64,000 bases of DNA, taken from Bugula neritina. Taxonomy: Eukaryota; Animalia; Bryozoa. Positions 1-12,385 of the stretch are shown here, piece by piece. How positions within the stretch are numbered: position 1 is the stretch's first letter; every line of letters begins with the position of its first letter. The DNA lies in the NCBI GenBank assembly GCA_964035545.1, contig OZ037768.1, forward strand, positions 2,512,741 through 2,576,740, in the 5' to 3' direction. A program made the translations under genes and the position numbers. The notes beneath the pieces are model-generated. The model did not search any database. It worked only from the letters and a program-made list of their open reading frames with translations, and had not been told where the DNA came from.

Positions 1-1354
1 CTGTGTCAGGTCACCGCTACGAGCACGAGGTTTGTGTTACTATTCAATAGCATAGCTAGTTTACCTGATATCTTTCTCCCCCTTCATTGTAGAATATATC
101 TTCCAGTGTTCCAATCAGCTGGTCTGTACTTTGTAGTCACACAGAAAGTGTTGTTTTTAGAAGAGCATTGCCCTGTCTGTGAATTTTATCAATGTGCGTT
201 AAATTTACAATAACTTATCAGTTACTGAGTTGGGGCTAGATTGTAAATATTTTACACATTGATTGTCCCTCAAATAGCATAACCGTAAAATGTGTTCATT
301 TGAGCCACTACAGATAACACTTGTATACTGCAGGTATCACCCAGTGACGGTGAGCACTCTAGTGATGAGTCATCGATGACGATGCCGATGGGGTCACATG
401 ACTACAAGGAGGAGATGAAGGACACCCTGGAGAGGTCAGACAATAGAGAACACACCATGTTCAGTCCTCCCATCTTCATAGCCAGTCAGAACAGGCCTGA
501 TGGCAGTTTCAACACTTCTGGCCTGTCTCTACCAGCCTACAGAGGTGAGTATACTGTATATATAGTCTGTCTCTACCAGCCTACAGAGGTGAGTATACTG
601 TATATATAGTCTGTCTCTACCAGCTTACAGAGGTGAGTATACTGTATATATATAGTCTGTCTCTACCAGCCTACAGAGGTGAGTATACTGTATATATATA
701 TAGTCTGTCTCTACCAGCCTACAGAGGTGAGTATACTGTATATATAGTCTGTCTCTACCAGCCTACAGAGGTGAGTATACTGTATATATAGTCTGTCTCT
801 ACCAGCTTACAGAGGTAAGTATGCTGTATATATAGTCTGTTTCTACCAGCCTACAGAGGTGAGTATACTGTATATATATAGTCTGTCTCTACCAGCTTAC
901 AGAGGTGAGTATACTGTATATATACAGTCTGTCTCTACCAGCCTACAGAGGTGAGTATACTGTCCATGTACAGCCTCCATGCCATGGGCTACTCAAAATG
1001 AATTATATTTGGCAATTTTTCAGGGACATCTCAACAGAATAAGCGTTGAAACTTCTAATCTAGCGCATTTATGCGTAATGTAATCTAGGATATCATATGT
1101 GTGGTATAGCTGTATGTAAACACTTTTGTTTTACATGTTTTTTTATGAAATGCTAGACTGTTTTCCTACATTTCTGTGTTTCAGATAAGAAACAGAAAAG
1201 GTTGTCAACCAGCAGTGGCGTGGGAACCTTAGCTGATCACTCACCAGGTCGGGACGGTGCCGAGGAGGGGGAGGAGGAACTCGATCTCATATACGACCCG
1301 GTGCTCAACTGCTACTATGATCCTCTGACTCATAAGTACTACGAACTGGTGTGA
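1..1354 (+). CDS. CFAP20DC: 3' end of CFAP20 domain-containing protein (C3orf67-like); partial, runs in from the left edge
   Basis: Exons <1-29, 334-544, 1185-1354 with GT-AG boundaries and matching phases (0, 1). C-terminus EEEELDLIYDPVLNCYYDPLTHKYYELV* matches the characteristic CFAP20DC ending YDPxLNCYxDPxTxKYYELV. Confidence 0.85.
523..963 (+). repeat. 44-48 bp minisatellite, 10 copies, straddling the CFAP20DC exon/intron donor
   Basis: Unit ctgtctctaccagcctacagag|gtgagtatactgtatatatagt; donor-like junctions after 544, 588, 632, 678, 726, 770, 814, 858, 904, 950. Confidence 0.97.
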
Positions 1355-2875
1355 CCTGCGGCCTCATCCAGTCCAGCTGTCACCTGCAGCAGGCTGTCAC
1401 ACACACACTTACAGCAGGCTGTCACACATACTTGCAGTAGGCTGTCAAGTGGAAGAGTGTGTTGGTGTGTAGAACTGCTGGCTACCTCAGCTCTTCCTGC
1501 AACTATTTTCAGTCAGTTCAACATTCCTGTGATAGAGTCACCGTCCAGCATCACCTTTACAAGTTCCACTTGGAGAAAATATGTTTTTAGACCTGTTATG
1601 TGTTCTAATTTACTGAGTGTATTAATGCTATGAAATGTTGCTAGATGAATATTTCAGTATCTCTACAGCCTTTTGCAGGGTACTTATGGTCGTATTTTTG
1701 TGAATATGATTAGAAGTTTCCCAACTGTCAAGCATATCAAATGTGTTGTCAGCTGCATATACACATCTTTTGAAGCAAAGTTTTTGAAGTCTGAAAAACA
1801 TGATTGTCTGCATTCTTTCTGTCCGCTCTGAATTGCCGCATATTTATTATATTAGCATTTTTAACATCACTGCATATTGGCATGTGTGAAATTTAGGTTT
1901 TTTTATTTGGGAATCAATTGTGTTACTGGTTTGCATTTTGTACAATCGTTCGCATTCCGTCCTTTTTATATTCTGTAATCTACCAACCACATAACAGTTA
2001 AGTAGAAGTTATTCTAACTGTCTCCAGCTTTCTATTGTTTGCTATTTATTCAATACAGCTCAAATATGTTCGAAAAAGTATGTCTTTTTAAATAAAATAA
2101 TACTAGCAAAGTTTTCTATATATACTGAATGGATTCAGTTAACTTCTCTCTAATGTTTCCTCTAACGCCTGGTGACACACAGCCTTATCTTCAGTAACTT
2201 TACAGTTATTATTGTAGGCCTACATGAAGCTCAAATTTTTTATCAGTATATTAAATTACAGATGCCTCCTGCCTTTTTGCATGAAACCCATTGTTTTTGT
2301 AATTCAATAGACAAGAATCCTCAATTATTTAGCTGGTAACTTTAAATATTTTTATTTTTGTCAACAATGTTCCTCAACACTTGCAGTTCTAGCACAATCT
2401 AAGTTCGTCAATGTCAAAATATTAGTTCATATTACTTGTTGGAGCATTTTTCCTTTGGTCACTTTGGTGTAGATATGAATAATATCAATAGTATTTTATG
2501 TTGGAGAGAGAAATTTGTATGGTAGATAGTGTAACACAACACTGCACATTATACAGTATAAGATAATATTTCTTTATAATTATAGAGTTTTAAACATACA
2601 GCTCTACCAGATGACAGTACATCCCATATGCATGAACAAACTAAATTACAAGTTTTACAAAGGCTATAGAAAGGATGTGGCCTTGCAAAACTGAATATTT
2701 TTGTTTTGCTCTCTGCCTGGTCTTAGGTAGAAGATACAATTTTATGCATAATGTGCAGAGCTATTGACTTCATGTTTGCACTACAAGTTGCTTTGTGGTG
2801 ATTTCAATTCCTTTAAAAATAAGTCCGGTTTTTGTAAGCTTCTATTTTTGTCTATGGACAATAAAAGCCAATGTA

Positions 2876-3821
2876 CGAGGGTGGTTCAAAAGGTAACGCC
2901 TGTTGTGTAAGATCAGAGAATTTTTATTTTCTGAATACTTAAACTATATATCAAAATGATCAGCAACAACTTAGGAACACACTTTATTTCTCAATATAGT
3001 TTCCTCTATTGTCCACAGCTGCTGTCTATCGTTTTATGAGAGCATGTATTCCTGCCTCGTAAAAGGAGAATGGTTGTGAGCGCAGCCAAGACCGTACAGC
3101 CGTTTTAACTTCTTCGTCAGTAGAGAATCGCTGACCTCTAAGTCCTTCCTTCATCGGACCAAACAAATGAAAGTCTGATGGAGCCAAGTCAGGGCTGTAT
3201 GGTGGATGAGGCAATGTGGTCCACCCATGACGGGTGATTTCCTCTCTTGTTCTCAAACTTGTGTGGGGACGGGCATTGTCGTGCTGAAGGAGCACGTTAG
3301 CCATGTTGACATTTGGTCTGCAATGCTTAAGTCTGGTTTTCAACTTCCTTAGAGTCTCAATGTAGGCTTCAGAATTTATGGTAGTGCTTTTGGCCATAAA
3401 GTCAATCAGTATCACACCCTGATAATCCCAAAACACAGTAGCCATCACCTTGCCAGCGGATGGCTGAGATTTGAATTTCTTCTTTCTGGGTGAGTCTGCA
3501 TGTCGCCATTCCATTGACCTTCTTTTGCTTTCTGGCTCATAATGATGAACCCAAGTTTTGTCACCAGTGATAATCCTTTGCAAAAATGTCTCATATTCTG
3601 CATGCATGCTGAACAGCTCACAACCATCCTCCTTTTACGAGGCAGGAATACATGCTCTCATAAAACGATGGACAGCAGCTGTGGACAATGGAGGAAACTA
3701 TATTGAGAAATAAAATGTGTTCCTAAGTTGTTGCTGATCATTTTGATATATAGTTTAAGTATTCAGAAAATAAAAATGCTCTGATCTTACACAACAGGCG
3801 TTACTTTTTGAACCACCCTCG
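2876..3821 (-). mobile_element. Non-autonomous mariner (DD34D) derivative with 206-bp inverted arms
   Basis: TA at 2874-2875 and 3822-3823 (target duplication). Arms 2876-3081 and 3616-3821 are reverse complements with about 6 mismatches. Terminus CGAGGGTGGTTCAAAA resembles irritans/Hsmar2-type TIRs. Confidence 0.93.
3026..3607 (-). pseudogene. Truncated mariner transposase (catalytic domain only)
   Basis: Motifs IITGDKTWV, LLQHDNARPH and HPPYSPDLAPSDFHLF. The N-terminal HTH DNA-binding region is absent. TAG at 3026-3028 replaces the TGG preserved in the other arm (KRWTAAVDNGGNYIEK*). Confidence 0.92.
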
Positions 3822-3829
3822 TAAGTAGT

Positions 3830-3919
3830 ATATATTATATTATATACCTTTCATAATACTATATTATATACCTTTCATAATATTATATTATATACCTTTC
3901 ATAATATTATATTATATAC
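3830..3919. repeat. Short AT-rich tandem repeat (about 24-26 bp, about 3 copies)
   Basis: tatattatatacctttcataa repeated immediately right of the mariner element. Confidence 0.8.
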
Positions 3920-5427
3920 TGCACCAAGATACTTAGTTACATAAAGCTCCCTCTTTCTCATTGGATAACTTCTTCAGTGCTGCCCATGTTGAGTTGGTAA
4001 ATTAGTTTGTTGCTAACCTAACAATTCTGTAAAGTCACTTGTTACTGTATGTAGTTCTACTTAGCAAAGACTTTTGTCCATCTACCTTTAGCTACTGGAA
4101 TATCTGGATAACTGTTACTGTAGTGTGATGTAACTGTCCAATACATTTGGTGCTACTAGAAATAACCTCTGCATACAACCACCAGAGTGCGTAGTTTAAT
4201 GTCTACTGCTGCCTAAACTGGCTAATGATTGTTACTGTATCAGCCTGGTAGTAGATGTCAATAGCAATAAAAAATGTTGATATACAAACTTTAGCAGACA
4301 TTACACTATAACAACTAATGAAAAATATTCAAGTGTATTTAGGAAAGCAATCAGCCAACTTTAGCCTTTCTTCTACAGTGTCTGTGCTACACTGACTCAT
4401 GAAAAGCTAGCTTTTTGAGCGATAGCTAAGAAAAAGCGTTCGTGACATAAAGTTCCTGCAACAGTATTAAGCTGTAACATTAACTTTATGTAAAAAGTGC
4501 AAGTTCTACTACATATTCTGCAATTCTCTTTCAATATTATGAGGATACAAAATTTGGCAAATGGTTTGACCGATAAAGTAATTGTTTATCTTATAAAATC
4601 ATCTTGTTGCAGCTATCATAGTCAATAGATTGATGTGTATATTTAACAGAACATTTTTTCGGTATGATGTCAGGTATTTTTTCTATGATAACGTTATGCC
4701 TTGTGCTACTAATATTAGAACGCAGTCGTATGGTCATGTATCATACTGTTGCTATGGCAACCATATCTTCTCCTCTTACTTCTGTCTATACTTCATTAAT
4801 TCATTTCATAACAATGCTTGGAGTGTGAGAGAACTGTGTGTGTTGGCGTACAGGTGTTTCGTTGGTGTAAAAACGTTGAGTTGGCATCTAGGTGTATATG
4901 TACAGCTGCATATGCAATGGACGCACTGTTCTATTTGCTCAATATATCTTTGCTGACATTTGTTGTTAGGTGTCAGCACTGTAATAGGTAGGTGTCAGTC
5001 ATAATACTGATAGATTATAGGCAAGTGAGCAACTATAGCATATTTCATGCCATATATTTTTAATTTCCCAGTAAAATTGTTGGTATTAGTTCAAATTCAA
5101 CTTAGCCCAACAGCTTTTCCAAAACATGTTTTTAGCTGTTAAACAATGAATGAGGTTGGTTTTTAAGGTTTCATTTGATAGTTAAAATCTTGCGTGATGA
5201 TATATTACAGGTACAATAATTCTACAGAATGCATTCGGTTTGAGAGCAGTGAATACACCTCCCTTAAGCAAGCACTACAACAACTCAGATCAAACATTGT
5301 AGTCCTAGACATCTTGACTGCAGGTTGGTTTTGATAAGAAGAGAACAGAAAGCCATAAATAAAATAGTGTGTGGTAGAAGTAGATACAGTGAGTGTGGGT
5401 AGTTGTTCTAATCATTGTAGTCTAATA

Positions 5428-5700
<273 letters not shown>

Positions 5701-7300
5701 AAGTCTAATCAGTTGTGGTTTATCAATGCTAACTAATTTGCTTAATGTCCTCACTCACTCCTATAATTAACCAGTATTAGGTGCTGTAGCTTAAATATAC
5801 TATTTGTATCACAAAGCTAACTGTTTACACTTTAGTCTATTTGGAAACCATTATAGTTATAACAACAATGCACCATGTTTTAATAGTGGCAAATTATTCC
5901 AGTAAACAAAATATTTGATCATGAGATGCTGAGATGTAAATAGTAATGGATAATTAGATAACTGTTTATCACCAGACAGTTTTTCTAAACATTTTTCTTG
6001 ACGAATTGCTTAGTTTAGTATTAAACACGTGCAACCTCTGTAAAATAAACAATAGGTACAGCCAAATAGCAGAATTAAAAATACTTTTAAAATGAGAGAA
6101 TTATATAAAGTTTAGACACAACTGCTAAGTTTAGTAGTGCCTGTATTTCATATACTTTCACAACCTACCTTCATCTATTGTTTATAACTTATTTCTTTTA
6201 TGTATTACTGAAAACTTATTTATATGCTCACAATTTTACTGGAAGTCAAAAAGACAATTTCACTAAATTTACGTGAAAATATAAAAAGCGACTTTTGGAA
6301 TAAAACATTTTCAGACTCAGTACCTGCTCTAAAGCAAGTGTAAGACCATCTCAACTTATTTCAACTCATCTGCTACAAAATTTCTATCTAGGTAACAAAT
6401 GATCATTTTACCATATTTAATTACAAATATATATTGTATAATCCTATATTGCAGGTGCATATTCTACTATATTTTAGTGTAAATATATATTATATAATAT
6501 CATATCATGGTAAATCACAAAGCAGGAATAATTTAATTTTAGGGCTGAAACACTCTTAGTATCCTCAAAATAAAACACACACGCATGCACAAGAAATATT
6601 TCATAAACTACAAAAAAGGACATATAAATATAACATGTTTCTCACTCCATGAAAGCTAACAGATTCTGTCTCTACCCAAATTTCACTTAATTATGCAAAA
6701 CAATCTCATTTCTAAATTCGTGTTATGGTTGATTAATAACCTAAAGTAAGGATTAGATTAGCTGTTGAGTCACCAACTATGAGAGCAATTCCTTGTATGA
6801 TGGATTATCTGTAGGTTCCCGTTGCTTGTTTATATTATGATGCAGGGCTTACAGTTATAATTCCAATTTTTTCAACTTGATAGTTTAATTGAAGATGTAA
6901 GATCTTGTAAATCCGATTTAAATGGGCTTATTAATAACTAAATACTAAAGGTTAATAAGCTTCTTAACGGTTAGTGTCTATTGCAATATTCTTCCTTTAA
7001 AAGTCAATAAATTATTTAAAGGTTGTAACTTTTGCCGGTTTTAACTGCATATACAGATGTAATTAAGAAGAAATATTGCTAGCCTGGTATGCTATTTCCA
7101 GCCTACTCCTTTTTGTTTCGACCCACAAAACGGAACCATGCGTTTAAAATATTAGTTGCTGGTTTGACATACAAATTACCACAATTTCAGTATGAGTTTC
7201 TTTTATAAATATTCGCATATGACACTATAATTATATAATATATATTATATTACTATATTAATTTATCGTATATTATTAAAATGCATACATGCTGTTAGTG

Positions 7301-7554
7301 CAGTGGGTGGGCAGGTGTGGGTAACTGGGGGCCCAAGGGCCACTTGTGGTCCTTTGCCCATTTTTCAGTGGCCCTTGTAGTGCTTAGGATAACTAAAACT
7401 GCTATATGCATTCTGATTAGCATAGCATAGCTTTGGTGGCAAATTATTACTTTATTATAATTAAACTTGATGCGCATGTGTACAACTATGTGGCCTTTTT
7501 GTTATGGTTGACTTCTGAATTTGGCCCTCGTGTAAAAGAAGTCGCACACCCCTG
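7301..7554. mobile_element. Degenerate non-autonomous hAT-like (Charlie/Chap-type) element
   Basis: Ends CAG(T)GGGTGGGCA and GCACACCCCTG with subterminal GGCCC/GGGCC motifs. Flanks tgttagtg and ttctagtg match at 6/8, consistent with a decayed 8-bp nnnTAnnn TSD. Confidence 0.5.
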
Positions 7555-8056
7555 TTCTAGTGTGTTCAGTGTGATTTGCTATGCATGCAGAAGCTATTAC
7601 TAATACTAAGTCATGGGGATAACAGAACCAGAAAAAATAAGCGATTAAGAAGTAAAATATTTGTTAGTTTTTGACTTCGCTGGCAAATTCTTTCTCTAAA
7701 GATGATCTTTGCTATAGAAAATAGTCACTGAATCATAAAAGTAATACCAATACCACGATTAGATAACAAAATCTTAGACCTATACATGTGTAATTGTGTG
7801 TGAGACATACATTGTAGGCATATTAACACAAGTGACATATTTACAACACAGGGTGTGTGTGCATCCAAAGTTTTGACAGCAAAATGTGTTCAGCTTCATA
7901 TTTAGTAATTAAGGAATTAGTATATCGTTATCACGCATTAGTAACTCACTATTAATACGGTTGTTATTAACATGTGGCAATTGGTAAGTTTGGTGGTGAT
8001 ATCACCACTAAGCGATTATATTTCCTAATAATATCGCATTTCTTTAAATCAACCAG

Positions 8057-11000
8057 GAAATGGAAGTGACCACACCTCAGGTGTAACAGTCTTATCTTCT
8101 CTCATCGACATTGGAGTGATCCCGGCATATGGTCATGCTACTAAGAAAGACCCGGCCATGTACCTGCAGTGGATGCAGATCTATAGGGCTATAGACAACC
8201 CACTTGTATTCTTTACAGAAAAACATTCGGTTGCTAAGGAAATGATCAGCATCAGACAAGGGAAGCCAACAATTGTAAGTCTCCAGAATAATGGCTTTAG
8301 AGGGACGGTATCACAGACGCCCTGGAGTGTGATAATCTAGATTTGTGAATATATGTAAAAAAGATCTGTGAAAAAATTTGTTCAGCTTTGCTTTAGCAAT
8401 TCTTATAATTCCATGTTTACAACTTTTTTTTCTAAATGTGGCTGGCTGATAACTTAATGACATCACTGAAATGGCAGTAAATCAATTACAAAAATAGCAA
8501 TAGGTCAAATAATTTATGTGACACTCCGACACACCTGTCACATTGTCTGGTTCTTCGGCTTTCCATAGAAATGTCTAAACATTATTTTTTTGTAAACTAT
8601 TTAATAATTTCCAACACTATAGATTTTGTATTAGTGCATAAAGTAGACATAGTTTTATAAAATACATATTATACTTGTTACATAAAACATGTGAAATAAA
8701 GCATAAATCTTGTTGGGCAATAAAATATAGACGTAAAAACTCTAATCACTAAATTTATTAACATTGGACTGTCATATGGTTTTTTTTATGTTAGATTATT
8801 CTAAAATGTTGCATTTTACTGACTGTTAATGTTGCAGAATTAAACTCCTAACTAATACTGTATTTTCCAGGTTGTTGTGATTGTGAAGGAATCCACGTGG
8901 GCATTTGGCTACCTGGGTCCAAGGTATTCCAATATATTTGACGATGAGAACTACCCCAAGCACCACCCTAACACCGTCTACTCTGACTACGCCAGCGTCA
9001 CTCACTTGAAGTTTGAGGTTAATATTATTATTGTGATTTTTTTCATAAAAGCTCAAATATCAAAATAGTTTGCAGTATATCACTAAAGTTTATTCTGGGT
9101 TCTGAAAAGTCAATTAGTCAAAATTTATAAGATTGAAAAAGTTAGAACACATTTTCAAGAGGTTTTACTGGAAAAATAAATAGTGCCGGGTATGGTAATG
9201 TAACCGTAGCCTATATTAATGTAGGTATGACAAGGTAATGTAGATGTGGTATGCTATGTCTATATGAACTCCAGTAACCTATAATTTAATTTAATGTCAG
9301 CTCAACTTTATAAATAAATACCTGTTAGTTCCACATTGCAAGGCGCTAACAATTCTCCTTCAGTAGAGTCTTAACCCTTGTAAACCAAAACCGGCTCAGA
9401 AAAGCTGATATTATCACAGATTAGGCAAACTAAGCTTAATTAAATATAGAAGGAAACAGTATTGATATAACCTAATTAAAAAAAATTTAAGAATAATTCA
9501 ACTTGGTTCAGTCCGACAGACGTAGAGCTGTGAAAGTATGTAAAGGGTGGTATAATATAGACCTAAAATGCATAGTAATTAGAGGTTTGGTTTGGGTGTA
9601 GCAGCCAGCATGCATAATGTATGCATAGCTAAAACTATTCTTACTATTCTTGCTATAGCTCACCAAATACTCATGTGGTCTAGGACAGTTTCTCAGCTAT
9701 TAATTTTTGAAGATTATGTGGAAGTTTGACAGCGGCCAGTTAGAATTTCTTGAGAATCTGTAAATTATTACCATTTTATGGAATCAGTAAAACTCATTTA
9801 GGCAAAGATAATGATCTCCATGCCTTCTGAGCAAGAAATATTGTTTTCCAGAAAACTAAAAGTAACGATTCCACTAAAATAATTTGCAAAATGAAGATTT
9901 AGAAAATCCTACCGGGTCTTTGAAAAGTTAACAACAGAAAGACTTTAAACATACTTCTAATTAGATTCAGGGTGTGTCGTTAGTATTTAAATATTTAAAG
10001 TTTTTAATACATGTTGTTTTAAGCTTTATGTTGCTAGGTTGCATAGTTTGCTGTCATTTTAAGTGTGATAGCATAACGCCAGCATTGTTTGACAACATTT
10101 ATATGCAAATTAAAATTGTACTAAATTTCAAATAGTATTTTCAAATAATATTATACCATAATTCTATCTTTGAATCTTATAAATATCTGCTTGTTCAATA
10201 ATATTGTAACTTTACTTGTAGTTGATGCAAATCCTGACAATATGGAACTATTTCAATACAGTGTCTGCAGCATGGTTGGATATCGGAGCTTACAAGAATG
10301 CGGTTGATAATGAGGATTTTAGGTCTTTCACCATAAGAAATCTACCTGGATATGATCAGACTAAGGTATTTAAATTATTACTTTAATATCTCTATATAAG
10401 GATTACTTTGTTATTGGCATGTTACAGCAGGTGTTTATGGCAGACACTGAACACTGTATAGAGACAAGTACTGACAGCTACCTGCTAGCTGTGCCAACTC
10501 TACCTCAGATATTCAGTCTGAGTACTGAGTAACTCATTAAATGGAGCCGAAATTCTTAGGTCTAATGACCAAGTCATTAATTTAGCAATTCCTTGCTAAT
10601 GGTAGCAGTGCAGATATTTTAAAGTTTTTGTAGAACCTTATTCAGAAAAACATCCAAAAGAAATTTAGCAAGGTGAATTAGTACATAGCTTTATTGACTT
10701 GTTTCTACTAGTAACTAGATAGTTGTTCACAAAAAAATGTTGACCCATTTTAAAGGTTGCAGCACCCTTATGCCTTTGGTTTATATATTAGAACTTAGAC
10801 AAAACATTATAATATAATTATATGTAATATAAAACTAACAAGGGAGCAGCAGCTAATCTAACAATTTCTGGCAGCATCTGTAATTACATTGTGTTCTGGA
10901 AACATGCATAATGTAACAATTTATTTGGACTGACAACTCCTGTACGTTTACAGAGGCTATTAGTATATACAAGAACATTCTAGAAACTTAATTTGTGATA

Positions 11001-12385
11001 GAGTATACCATTACATAGACTATAGCATATATAGAGTATATAGGCTACTAATATTTAGAGATATAGAGAGTACACCACTATATAGAATATACCACTATAT
11101 TACAGAGTATAACAATATAGATAGTATACCACTATATAGAATATACCACTATATTATAGACTATAGAGTATAACAATATATAAAAGATACCACTAATTCT
11201 CGTAATCTTCTTAAGTGTTACGTGCAGCTGTCTCGCAGTGAATAGGCATAACACCAACCAGCAAATAAACAACTTTTTAATCCAAATCCTTCAAACCCCC
11301 AAGATGTCAATTGTTGTGAAATGCATAATTATATTTGTCTAAAAAGCGACATAAAGTGCTATATAACGTAATTTCTTCAGAACATGGTTTTACATAGCAG
11401 TATGTGATGGATTAATGGCTAATAGAGTAATGGGTAATAAATTAGCGGGTAATGGATTTCAAGTAATAAATATATTTTATCATTAACGATAATTTTTCTC
11501 AACATTGATTAAAAGCTGCAGTTTTACCAAATAAAAAAGGTTGAGAAGCTATCAACAAGTAGAAGCTACATTAACTCAATGCTAATAGTCTAAACACAGC
11601 GTATCTCATTTAGTTACCAGTCTGGTAATATATTCTTGTTACTCCATTATTATGTTTCACTTGATATTCAACAGTATATGCACCGTTGCAGGTAACACTA
11701 AACTATATCCGAGACCCAAAGCCCAGGGAACGAAACCACAGGTACATCATGAAATACAGCCCCTCTATATTTGCCGGTGGGTTTTGGATAGGCCATATCA
11801 ACCCTTTAAAGCAGTTTGTGTCAGAATACAGGAAACACGTAGAGATACTTTTGGGGGAGGGGCTAGCCAACTGTGAAGAGCAGGTAATACTCTGTATTTG
11901 ACTTATGATTACTGCCTGGCATTTACAGGTTTTTAAGAAATTGTATTTTAGCAGTGGATACAAACTTTATATTATTATTATTATTTTATGCTCAAAAAAG
12001 ATTTAGAGTTGTTTATTGAAGCTCACACTTACCTATATATACAACATCAACACTAATGAAAATTGAAGTTCAGCTAAACCTAAAGTTAAATCTTTTGGTT
12101 CATGAGGTTAAAAGTTCAGTGTTTAATTTATCAAAAATAAAATGTTGATGTTTCAAATTCATTGTATTAGTTGTACAGTGTAATAATAGTATTGTACAGT
12201 GTAGGCCTACTGGGTATATTATACAGTGTATGAATTATATTACACAGGTAATGGCCTCCATGTTTGTTGACGGCACACAATTCAAACCACATGCGGAGGT
12301 CCAGCCATTCAGAGCTCTAAACTATGAAGGGTGTGACCGTTGGTTGTGCTTAGCCCACCGAACTAGAGAGCTGGGACTGGTGTAG
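8057..12385 (+). CDS. HtrL/YibB (WlaTC/HtrL)-family putative glycosyltransferase; start codon not identified
   Basis: Exons 8057-8274, 8871-9017, 10222-10365, 11692-11883, 12248-12385 join in frame. Motifs: VTVLSSLIDIG, NPLVFFTE, YPKHHPNTVYSDYASVTHLKFE, NYFNTVSAAWLDIG, FAGGFWIG, LGEGLANCEEQV. A phase-compatible upstream exon is possible at 5211-5323. Confidence 0.72.
11000..11195. repeat. Degenerate intronic minisatellite (agagtataccactatat-like)
   Basis: Repeated tagagtataccactatata variants. Confidence 0.7.

Noticed and set aside
523-963. Regularly spaced repeats resembling a CRISPR array (also 34472-34763)
   Set aside because: No unique spacers, no cas genes, and a eukaryotic intron context.
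4630-4956. 108-aa ORF as the first exon of the HtrL-like gene
   Set aside because: A phase-compatible donor exists (TACAG|GTGTTT), but it is weak and the peptide has no recognisable features, so it is unsupported.
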